Shown here one piece after another: positions 11,508 through 21,933 of a DNA stretch of 64,000 bases. The DNA is from Dictyostelium discoideum (taxonomy: Eukaryota), in the NCBI GenBank assembly GCA_000004695.1, contig CM000155.2, positions 2,784,001-2,848,000 of the forward strand, given 5' to 3'. Each line of letters opens with the position of its first letter. Position 1 is the first letter of the stretch. A program made the position numbers and the translations under genes. Below the pieces are notes generated by a model, which saw nothing but the letters and a program-made list of their open reading frames with translations, searched no databases and was not told the DNA's origin.

Positions 11508-11991
11508 ACCAGGTCCTACAGAACTTTAAAGGGAGGACTTCTAAATCATCAGAGTTACACCATACTGATTTCTTACGTTTGTAAATAAAAATAATAAAAA
11601 AAATATATTTTGAATTTCTCTTTCTTATGGAAATTTAGAATTTTGCCCTGTGTGATATTTAATCTTAAACCCAAACCCAATTATTTTTATTTTTTTTATT
11701 TTTTTTTATTTTTTTTTTTGAGCGTTTCCGAATGTTTTCAGACATACCAAAACTAGTTTTCAAAAAAAGCAGTTAGGGATAGATATTTTATTTGAATAAA
11801 AAATAAAATAAAATAAAATAAAAATTAAAAATAAAAAAAAAAATTTTAAATGCCCTGGTTGGTTGGTTGGTTGGTTTTGATTTAAACTGAAAATTTTTTT
11901 TAATATTTTTTTTTTTTTTTTTCTTTCAATAAATACTTTAATCTTTTCTCTTTGGATTATAATATATCTATACATATATCGAATAAAAAAA

Positions 11992-12727
11992 ATGAAATTA
12001 ATTTTCTCTTTAATTTTAGTTATCTTCACTTTATTTGTTTCAGCAAATGCTAATGTTGATTCACAAATTGATAGACTCGCTGAATTTGGCGAATCAATGA
12101 ATATCACTTTATCACAATCAGTTTGTAATGCTGCTGCTGCTAAAGCAGAACATTACGCAACTTGTGGTTGTAAGTTTTTTTTTTTATTTTTTCTAAACAC
12201 TTTTTTTATTTTATTATTTTTTACTAATTTTTTCTTTTTTTTTTAAAAAAAAAAAAAAAATAGGTCCATACGTTTGGGGTGTAAGAATTTAAACATATTA
12301 ATATTTTGGAATTTTTTTTTTTTAAAAAAAAATAATTAAAAAAGAAAACTAATTAAAAAACTTTTATTTTTAGGGTACAAGCTGTGGTTGTGGTGGTTCA
12401 GGTGGTATGGATTGCAGTGGTATCGTTTATACCTCATTTAGGTTAGTATTATTATTGAAAACAAAAAAAAAATATCATTTTTATTCTTTTAAATAAAAAA
12501 AAAAAAAAAATCTAACTTGATTTCATCACTATCAAAATATTTAAATTGGATAAAATAATATAGAGAAGCAGGTTGGACTGGTATTACCCGTACTACTACA
12601 ACTCAATACAAACAAGGTACCGCATGTAGTGGTTGTAGCGGTAGTAATACTTCAGGTTGTAAAGCTGGTGATTTATTATTCTACTGTTTCGGTTGTTCAG
12701 GTGGTGTCCCAGATCATGTCGTAAGTA

Positions 12728-12761
<34 letters not shown>

Positions 12762-12907
12762 TCCATAATATTAATATTATTTGTATTATTTTTTAGATCA
12801 TGGCAATTGGTGGTAACAGAGCTGTTCAATGCCCAGAACCAGGTCAAGATTGTTCTGTTATTGATATTTATTCTGAAAACTATATGTTATGTCGTTCAAT
12901 GTGTTAG
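11992..12907 (+). CDS. Secreted NlpC/P60-family cysteine peptidase-like protein, 5 exons including a 17-nt micro-exon, 176 aa
   Basis: Exons are 11992..12169, 12264..12280 (GTCCATACGTTTGGGGT), 12374..12441, 12564..12720 and 12797..12907. The spliced protein has a signal peptide (MKLIFSLILVIFTLFVSANA), then ...ATCGCPYVWGGTSCGCGGSGGMDCSGIVYTSFREAGWTGITR...GDLLFYCFGCSGGVPDHVIMAIGGNRAVQCPEPGQDCSVIDIYSENYMLCRSMC. The YVWGG...DCSG...H...H pattern is the NlpC/P60 catalytic signature. Only the micro-exon restores the frame (531 nt total). Confidence 0.7.
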
Positions 12908-13120
12908 AAATAAACTGTTTCTTTCGATTTGATATTCATAATTTAACATTTTCTTTTCTTTTCTTTTTTTTTTTTTTCTTTTTTCTTTTATAAATTTTTA
13001 TTTTCTTTTTTTTAACAATTAATTCAACATGTAATAATAAATAAATTTTAAATTGGAAGAGAAGATATTATCTTTAGTAAATTGGGATTGGTTCAAAATT
13101 TTTAAAAAGATAGTTGGAAA

Positions 13121-13262
13121 TTATAGCGATGCTTCGTGAATACCAGGTGATTCATTAATTAACAAAATTGAAGGTTGAAATAATACCTCTGAACAACGAA
13201 ATCTCTCGTTACCAATTATTAGATTTTGACCATCAGAGTAATTCATATCTTTATATTTTGGT
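13121..13262 (-). pseudogene. Actin gene fragment (about 45 codons homologous to actin subdomain around [16 protein letters not shown])
   Basis: The 68-aa ORF 13121..13327 contains [43 protein letters not shown], to be compared with actin [40 protein letters not shown]. No actin-like sequence or splice signals continue on either side, so it is an isolated fragment. Confidence 0.4.
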
Positions 13263-13815
13263 ATTAATTTTGAAAGTAATTGACATTGAACATTTTCTTT
13301 TTTTTTACTTTTGGAAAATATGGCCAAATTTCGGGCTAATTTTTTTTTCGTTTTTAAAATAAAATAATGATAGCAAATATCTAAAAAAAATATTCTTTAA
13401 TGTAAAGATATTTATAATTATTTATTTAAAGATATTTATAATTATTTATTTTTTAATTAAAAATAAAAAAAGTTGGTAAAAAACACACTTTTAGAAACCA
13501 ATCTCAAAAACCAATATTTCAAATAAAGATAAATTAAATATTAAATTAATGTAAAGATATTAGTAAATTTTTTTTTAAAAAAATAAAATTAAAAAAAAAA
13601 ATGAAAAAAAAAAAAAAAATAATAAAAGTAAAAAAATCTTTTTTTTTTTAATTTTCATTTCTGAAAAATACTAAATCCTTTTTTTTATTTTTTTTTATTT
13701 TCATTTCTAAAGATTAATCATTTTAATTTCATTTCTAAAAAAAAAATCCAATTCTAAAAATAAATTTCAAACAAAGAAATTAATTTCCCTAAAAAAAAAA
13801 TAAAAAAAAATTAAC

Positions 13816-14133
13816 ATGTTCAAAATTATATTTTTTTGTCCTTTGGAAGATACAGAAAAAGTTAAAAATGCACTTTTTGAAATTGGTGCAGGTAAAATTG
13901 GTAATTACCAAGAATGTTGTTTCGTTACAAAAGGAGTTGGCCAATTCAGACCAATAGTTGGAGCAACACCATCAATTGGAAAAGTTGATAAACTGGAATA
14001 TGTAGACGAATATAAAGTTGAAATGGTTTGTAAAGTTGAATTAATTGAAACAGCAATAAAAGCATTAAAAAAATCACATCCTTATGAAGAACCAGCTTAT
14101 GAAGTTTATAAAATTGATATATATGGGTTATAG
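13816..14133 (+). CDS. Small single-exon protein (105 aa); CutA/PII-like fold, resembles the insert domain of long Nif3 (YqfO-type) proteins; family tentative
   Basis: The protein is MFKIIFFCPLEDTEKVKNALFEIGAGKIGNYQECCFVTKGVGQFRPIVGATPSIGKVDKLEYVDEYKVEMVCKVELIETAIKALKKSHPYEEPAYEVYKIDIYGL. It has no low-complexity runs. The HPYE(E/V)P motif and the beta-alpha-beta-beta-alpha-beta spacing recall CutA/Nif3-insert proteins. Confidence 0.5.
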   Translation: MFKIIFFCPLEDTEKVKNALFEIGAGKIGNYQECCFVTKGVGQFRPIVGATPSIGKVDKLEYVDEYKVEMVCKVELIETAIKALKKSHPYEEPAYEVYKIDIYGL

Positions 14134-14297
14134 TAAATAGGTATATTAATAAAACAAAAATTTAAAAATAGTATTCATATTAAAAATAAAATAAAATTAA
14201 TAAAAAGTATATTTGGTTTTTACTATAAAAAAAAAAAAAAATCCGTCGATTTATTTATTATATATATATGTTTTTAAAAATTTTTTTTTTTTTTTTT

Positions 14298-16165
14298 TTA
14301 AAGACTAATTGCAATTGGTGAAGAAGATGATGGTACAGGTAATGGTAATAATGAATTTCCAGATGATGAAGATGGTGAAGATGGAACAGAAATATTATTA
14401 TTATTATTATTATTTTGAATTGGTAAAGTTACTTTTGGATTTAAAATCTTTAAAATTTCTTCACCAGTTAAAGTTTCTTTCTCCAATAATTGGCCGACTA
14501 ATTTCTCCATGTTATCTCTATTTTTAATGATTAATTCTTTAGAGTATTGATATTGTTTATCTAAAAGATCTTTAACTTCATCTTCGATGATCTTTTGAAC
14601 CTCTGGTGAAGTTTTATCTTTATGATAGATGAAACCAACTTTATCGGACATACCCCATTTGGTAATCATAGAGAAAGCCAAAGAAGAAGCTTGTTGGAAA
14701 TCGGATGATGCACCGCTTGTAACACCATCGACACCGAAAAAGATTTCTTCAGCGGCACGACCAGCCAAACAAATTGCAAGACGAGCCATCATTTGTTTAC
14801 GAGTATATTGGACATGATCCATCTCTGGCAATTGTGAAACCATACCTAAAGCTTGACCTCTTTGAACGATAGTGGCTTTATGAATTGGGTCGGCGGCTTC
14901 AGTCATTGCTGCTACCAAAGCATGACCAGCTTCATGATAGGCAGTGTTACGTCTTGCTTCTTCACTCATTACAGCATTCAAACGAGCACGACCCATTAAA
15001 ATATCATCTCTTGCATCATCGATTTGTTTGATACTAATGGTTTCTTTACCATTTTGAACGGCTTTAATAGCGGCAGTATTGATAAGATTTGATAAATCGG
15101 CACCAGTGAAACCAGGTGTTGCTCTTGCGATTGTATCGGCTTTAACCTCGACAGTATGTTTAACCTTTTTCAAATAGTGATCAATGATTTCGGATCTTCC
15201 TTTCATATCTGGAATTGGTACAGAGATATGTCTATCGAAACGACCTGGACGAAGTAAAGCTGGATCCAATGAATTTGGAGCATTGGTGGCACCAATGATC
15301 ATAATTTGAGAGTTACCTTCGAAACCATCCATCTCTGTCAACAATTGTAACAAGGTTTCATTGTGGTGCGCGGTATTTCTTGATTTACCAACGGCATCGA
15401 TTTCATCAATGAAAATGATACAAGGTTGTTTTTCACGTGCTGCATTAAACAATTCACGAACACGACGTGAACCAACACCAACGTATTTCTCATCAAAACT
15501 ACTACCAGTGGTATAGAGGAAAGAAACGCCTGCCTCACCGGCAATGGCTCTTGCCAATAAAGTTTTACCAGTACCTGGTTCACCAGAAAGTAAAACACCC
15601 TTTGGTAATTTTGCACCAATGCTATTGTATTTGGTTGGATGTAATAAATAGTCAACGATTTCTTCCAACTCTTCCTTAACCTCTTGAATACCTTTAACAT
15701 CATCGAATGAGGTTGGAGTTTGATTGGTTTCATCATATTCCTTGGCAAAGTATTGAGGTTTATTTCCATTGGCTTCCTTTACAGTGGATGTCTCTGATGT
15801 GAGAGAATATACCAAGAATAATAATACTGGTAACCATAATAATGAAACAAAACGATCAAACCATGATAAATTGGTTTTGGAATTTGCATTGATATTGAAA
15901 ACTGGAACCACTGGTTTTTGATGAATCTTTTCATTTACCTCTGGAAAATGATTAAATCTTAAAAAGAATCCTTTCATTGCTTCTTCAGATCCCAATGCTT
16001 CCCTTGCTGCTTTTGTCATTTTTTTAGTTGGTGGTGGTAATTTTGTCATTCCTAAATTTGCTTTATTAATTTTACCACTATATACTAATGCTTTAAAATA
16101 ATATCTTACACATTCTTCATTTGATGAAAATGCTAAACTTTCAAATCTTTTTACAATACTTTAAA

Positions 16166-16198
<33 letters not shown>

Positions 16199-16696
16199 AT
16201 TAATATTAATTTTTAAAAAATAGAAATAAAAATAAAAAAATATATATACATACGTATCATAATCACCCATTTCAATTAATTCTTTATATGCCATCTCTTG
16301 AATATTTTCATCATTTGGTAATGAATCAGCATTTGAAAGAACTTTCTCTCTTGCAGTTGCATATGTTCTAATATTTGATAAAGATGATGTATTTGTTGTT
16401 GAAATTGATGTATTACTATTTAATAAATTATTTGAAAATGAAGATATATTTAATGGATTAGATTGATTATTGGTGATATTGTTATTTTTAATTATATTTT
16501 TAAATTCATTATTATAAATTGATTTATTATTATATTGGCGAATATTTAAACCACTTGTATAATTTCTACTTTTATAAGATGATGATGGTGATATAATATT
16601 CTTTAATATTAAACTTTTAAATCCATTTAAACATAATTTAGAATTTTGAGGATTTGATAATGCTTTTGATGATAGTGATAATTTTGATAAAGACAT
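14298..16696 (-). CDS. FtsH-family AAA+ ATP-dependent zinc metalloprotease, YME1-like (mitochondrial i-AAA), 2 exons, 767 aa
   Basis: Exon 1 is 16254..16696 (MSLSKLSLSS...AYKELIEMGDYD). The intron 16159..16253 has a GTATGT donor and an AAAG acceptor. Exon 2 is 14298..16158, with one TM segment, Walker A GEPGTGKT, Walker B IIFIDEID, the SRH motif, and the zinc site HEAGHALVA. The N-domain plus single-TM layout fits YME1 rather than m-AAA. The 2304 nt are in frame. Confidence 0.85.
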
Positions 16697-17193
16697 ATTT
16701 TTATAAGATTTTATTTATATGATATTTTTAATTATTTATTATTAAGTGTAAACAGTTTTTTAAAATTGTTTTGTTTTGTGTTTTTTTATTTTTATTTTTT
16801 TTTTTTAAAAAAAGTATTAATATTTGTTTTAAAAAATTATCGGTAGTGTCGGTTTTTAAATTTGTATTTATTTTAAAAAAAAAAAAAAACCCTTTAAAAA
16901 GTGTGGTTGTGTGGGAGATTTTTGATATTTAAAAAAAAAAAAGAAAATATATTTTAAGAATCCTTTTAAAGAAATCTATGTAATGTTATAATTGGTTGAT
17001 AATGGTACAAAAAATTAATAATAATAAAAATTTTATTATTATTAATGTAAATTTATATATATATATAATAAAATTATGTTTCAGTCGACTATTGTTGGGA
17101 AATTAAAAAAAACAAAAAAAAAAAAATGTTCCCTTTTTAAATCCAAAAAAAAAAATTAAAAAATTAAAAAAAATAAAATTTAAAAAAAATAAA

Positions 17194-17226
<33 letters not shown>

Positions 17227-17636
17227 ATTTAATTACAACCTAATTGTGTCACTGAAGACTATGAAATTACAAAGGGGATCAGTTAAAAAAAAAATAAAAA
17301 AAATAAAAAAAATAAAAAAAAATAAAAAAAAATAAAAAAAAAAATAAAAAATAAAAAAATAATTTTAAAAATAAAAAAAAAAAAAAAAAAAAAAAAGAAG
17401 TTTAAGGTTTTAGGTTTTTTAACTTCTTTTTTTAGTTGTCAACATCATTAATCATTATGTTCGAAAAAATTATTAAATAAAATAAAATAAAATAAAAACT
17501 GAAAACTTAATATGTGTCAGTTATCCAAAATATTATATATAATAAATAAAAAAAAATAAACTATTAATAGTTTCCAAGTTTTCAAATTTTTTTAATTTTT
17601 TAAATTTTTTTTTTTTTTTTTATTATTTAATAATTT

Positions 17637-20016
17637 TTATTTTTTTTGAAGTAATTCTGATTCATAATTATTTAATTTAATTAATAATTGTTCAAAATTT
17701 TTATAATGTTCAGTTTCTTTCCAAGAGGATTCACATTTTTTGAGAATACTTTTAACTTTTAATTTTGCAGAGTAAATATTTGAGGTATTTGGATATTGGA
17801 AATAAAGATCACACAAGGTTGTATTGAATTGTAAAACCTTTTCAAAAGTTGATTGTTCACCTTCCCAATGAGCAGACTCACAAGAACGACAGGCTTTTTG
17901 TTGGAGATCTATTGCCTTATCAACATTACCTAAACGATGATGATAGGAGGAATAAAGACGCCATAAATCTGGATTATTGGTAAGTTTTGAAGTTAAACGA
18001 CCGAATAATTCCGATACAGTTTTCTCCATTTTTGAACCGGAAATACCTTGTTTATCCAATTGATCCTTTGAAACTACATGGTCGGCAATGATTGATAATA
18101 ATTTAAGATTGACCTTTTTATCATTTAAATCAAAGATATGATTGATTGCAATGACAGCATTTTGATAATCTTTAATGGCAATACAACAAAAGAGGAAGTT
18201 TTCCCACATTTTCCAATTCTCTCTCTTATGTTTAAGACCTTCCATTAATGCTGATGAAGCTTTATCCATTTTATTTTGGTACATATAGATGGATGCTAAA
18301 TTTGCCCAACCCTCACCTTCCTCTGGCTCTAATGAAACTACACGAGAGAATGCATTCAATGCAGTATCCCATTTCTCGATTTTCATAGCTGCACAACCTA
18401 AAGAGAACCAAGAATTTGGGAATAACGGATTGATTGCCAATGCGATTTGAAAAGCATCAATACAAAGTTGATATTGCTCTCTTTCTAGATAAAATCTTGC
18501 CAATGATCTTTGAGCACGAGAATAACGTTTCTTTGAGAGTTCCCAACCTTTAATGTAGAATTGTTCATCCGATTTCAAATCACCCAATACACAATAGAGC
18601 TCAGGTGATGGTTCAATCTCCAAACGTTGTAAAACCAATTCCTCTGAACGTGAATTCTTTCCCATAAAAGTTAAGCATTTAATAGCTTCATCCCACATTT
18701 CTAAACGTTCGAAAATTTCAAATGCTGATGCTGCCGCACCAATACCAATGAAACGTTCTGCCACCTCTTTCTCTAAATCCCAACGTGCTGGGTAGTCAGT
18801 GCTATAGATAGCATTGATTCTTTCTGTAGCACTCGATGTTGGATCATCATATTGGTCTACCAATGCTTGAATTTGAAGTACTGCCCTCTCTGCAGTTTTA
18901 GAACTTACAATCTCCAAACGCGATTTAATAAGCAACCCCATTGAATGAATGATCCAATTATTCGATTTCTCCAATGTCTTTTGAATATATGGTAACATCT
19001 CCTCTGTAGTTAAACCATTGTTACTATTTTGATTCTTTACATTTAAACATTGTAATAGAATTAACATTTGATCAACATTACGTAATAAAATATTTTGACC
19101 TTTAACCTCTTCAATCAAAGATGGTCTAACTAATAAAGTTGGATCATCATTTGTAACTTCTCTCTTAATTGATGAATTTCTATTAAATTCATTATTATTA
19201 TCACCATCACCACTGTCATCTCTTTGACGACAATTTTTAACTTCCATTACCAATTGTGCTGTATCAAATGTTTGAAAACGAGTTCTCTTACCCAATGCAC
19301 CAGTTAATGCACAATCCAATTCTGAAACTTCACATGCTCTTTCCATTGATTCTTTAATTTTATTTAATTGTCTAAAATAATTGAAAACTAATGATTGTTC
19401 AATGATTGCACGTGATGCTAAATCTTTTAAACCATTGATTTCTTTTATTGATTTCTTTGATTCACTTGTTGTTGATGATGATGTGTCCATAAACTCTTCA
19501 GAATCCTCTAATAATGTTGAAATTGAATAAAATCTAGTAACAATTTGAAATCTTTCATTTAATAATGATTTAAATGTTGGTGTTGCATTCTTTAATGATC
19601 TTTGATGATACATCACTGATCTACATGACCACCAACATGATGATTTACAACTATCTAACATTGAATAATTATCAACTAAACAAATCTTTGATAAATATAA
19701 AAATATTGGATTCTTAACTTTTTTATAAACTGTTTCACCATCAACTTCTAATAATTCTAATATTGATTTATTATCATTTTTTAACTAAAAAATATATTAA
19801 ATTAATATATTTATGTTTTAAACATTATAAATGTTATATAAAATACATACAGTGAAATCTGGTGAAATTTGAACAGTTGGACCAGTCCAATTAATTTGTA
19901 CATATAAATTTAAAAATGTAATACCACTTAATAAAACACTTAATTGATTTAATGGTGTTTCATTTAAACTTGTAATATTATTATTAACTTTTTCAAAATA
20001 TTCTAAATTTTATATA

Positions 20017-20057
<41 letters not shown>

Positions 20058-20362
20058 TAATAAATAGTTTTTAAAAAATATATTTAATTAAAAATATTAC
20101 CATTAATATTATCTTTATAATTATTTAATGAATCTAATAAGAATAATTTTTTCATTAAATCAGTTTTAAATGAACCAACTAATGAATCACCTAATAATAT
20201 ATTAAAAGCTAATGTAATACAATCTTTTAATATCGGTATATCTTCAAATTCGTTATCGGCTTTACTTGATTGCCTATAGAGTTCTGAAATTTTCTCATCA
20301 TTTGATTCTATAACCCATTGATCAATTGATTCTATTAAAGTATTTAATTTTTTATTATCCAT
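17637..20362 (-). CDS. TPR-repeat protein, TTC27-like, 3 exons, 853 aa
   Basis: Exon 1 is 20101..20362 (MDNKKLNTLIESIDQWV...). Intron 20003..20100. Exon 2 is 19851..20002 (EYFEKVNNNITSLNETPLNQLSVLLSGITFLNLYVQINWTGPTVQISPDFT). Intron 19785..19850 has a GTATGT donor. Exon 3 is 17637..19784 with C-terminal TPR repeats (...CIDAFQIALAINPLFPNSWFSLGCAAMKIEKWDTALNAFSRVVSLEPEEGEGWANLASIYMYQNKMDKA...). The 2562 nt are in frame. Size and layout match TTC27 (843 aa in human). Confidence 0.65.
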
Positions 20363-20655
20363 ATTAAAAATATTTATATATATATATATATGTGTGTAGG
20401 TAGATTTTTTATCTTTTTAATATGGATGGTTAACGACTAAAAAAAAATGAAATAATTAATTAAAAATAAATTTTGTGTTCTCAAAAGATTTCGCGAATGT
20501 CGTTTTTTTTTTTTTTTTTTTACAAATTTATTTTTTATTTTTTATTTTTTATTTTTTTTTTTCCTTATTACGAAATTTGATTTATTTTTAAACGAAAATT
20601 AATGGGAATATGAGGAAAAAAAAAGAATGATTATAAATAAATTGATGTGATGGTT

Positions 20656-20687
<32 letters not shown>

Positions 20688-20870
20688 GATTAAAATATTT
20701 AATTGTTTATTGATTGTTTATAATATATGGCAATATTCTCTCCACTATTAAAAATTATTATTGAATGTACATGAAAGTATTATTGTGTAAAGTGTGGTTA
20801 TTTTTGGTTTGGTGTGGGTTTTTTTTTTTCTTTTCTTTTTCCTTTCTTTTTTTTTTTTTTTTATATAGGC

Positions 20871-21532
20871 TTAATTTTGAACTTTAACACCAGTTGAACC
20901 AAAACCACCGGCACCTCTTTGAGTTTCATCAATTTCATCAACCTCTAATGGTTCTGGTGTAACGATTCTTTCAAAGATTAATTGGGCTACTCTATCCCCA
21001 ACTGCAACTTTAAAGTCAACATCTGAATGATTGAATAAAACTACACCAACATTACCTCTATAATCTGAATCAATAACACCAGCACCACAATCGATGAAAT
21101 TTTTCCATGCTAAACCTGATCTTGGTGCAATTCTACCATAGGTACCATCTGGAATTGCAATTTGAAGATCTGTCATTGCTAATGCTTTTCCATGAGCTGG
21201 AACAACTAATTCATGGGCTCTAAAAAAAAAAAATAAAAAACAAAAAAAAAAAAAAACAAAAAGAATAATTAGATAATTTTATGATAATAATAATAATAAT
21301 AGTTATAATAAAAAAAAAAAAAAAAAAAAATTAAAACTTACGATGATAAGTCATAACCAGCAGCACCTTTTGAACCACGTTGTGGAATGATTGCTTTATC
21401 TGATAATTTTTTAACTTTGAAAGTTTCGAAATTTGGTGGAGCCATTTTTAAATAATTATTATTATTATTATTAGTTGTTAATCTTTTAAATAAATTTGAA
21501 AATAATGAAAAATATTTTTGTTCGATTGGCAT
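20871..21532 (-). CDS. dut: dUTP pyrophosphatase (dUTPase), 2 exons, 179 aa
   Basis: Exon 1 is 21342..21532 ([63 protein letters not shown]). The intron 21220..21341 has a GTAAGT donor. Exon 2 is 20871..21219 ([86 protein letters not shown]...[10 protein letters not shown]). All five dUTPase motifs are present. The 540 nt are in frame. Confidence 0.9.
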
Positions 21533-21773
21533 TTAAATTTTTTTATATTTTTTTAATTAAAAAAAAAAAAAAAAAAAAATACTTTTTTAAAAATTTTCAA
21601 AAAAACGGCGGTTTTATTAGAAATTTGAAAATTTAATTTTTTTTTTTTATAACAGTCATAAAAAAATGGGAACAATAATTAATTTTTCTAAATTATCTAT
21701 TTATTTTATTTTATTATTATTATTATTTTTTTTTGGATTAAATTTATTTATTTTTGAAAAATTCAAATATTAC

Positions 21774-21804
<31 letters not shown>

Positions 21805-21933
21805 AATAAAATTGAATCGTTGTTAAAAAAAATGGAAATGATTTAATTTTATTTATTTTTAATATGAATTTAGTTTATTTAATTTTAATTTAATATAATT
21901 TATTTATTTTATAATTTATTTATTTATTTTAAT

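Noticed and set aside
12596-12932. ORFs 12596..12847(-) and 12693..12932(+) in the NlpC/P60 region
   Set aside because: They span introns and exons in the wrong frame or strand. The five-exon plus-strand model accounts for all conserved motifs.
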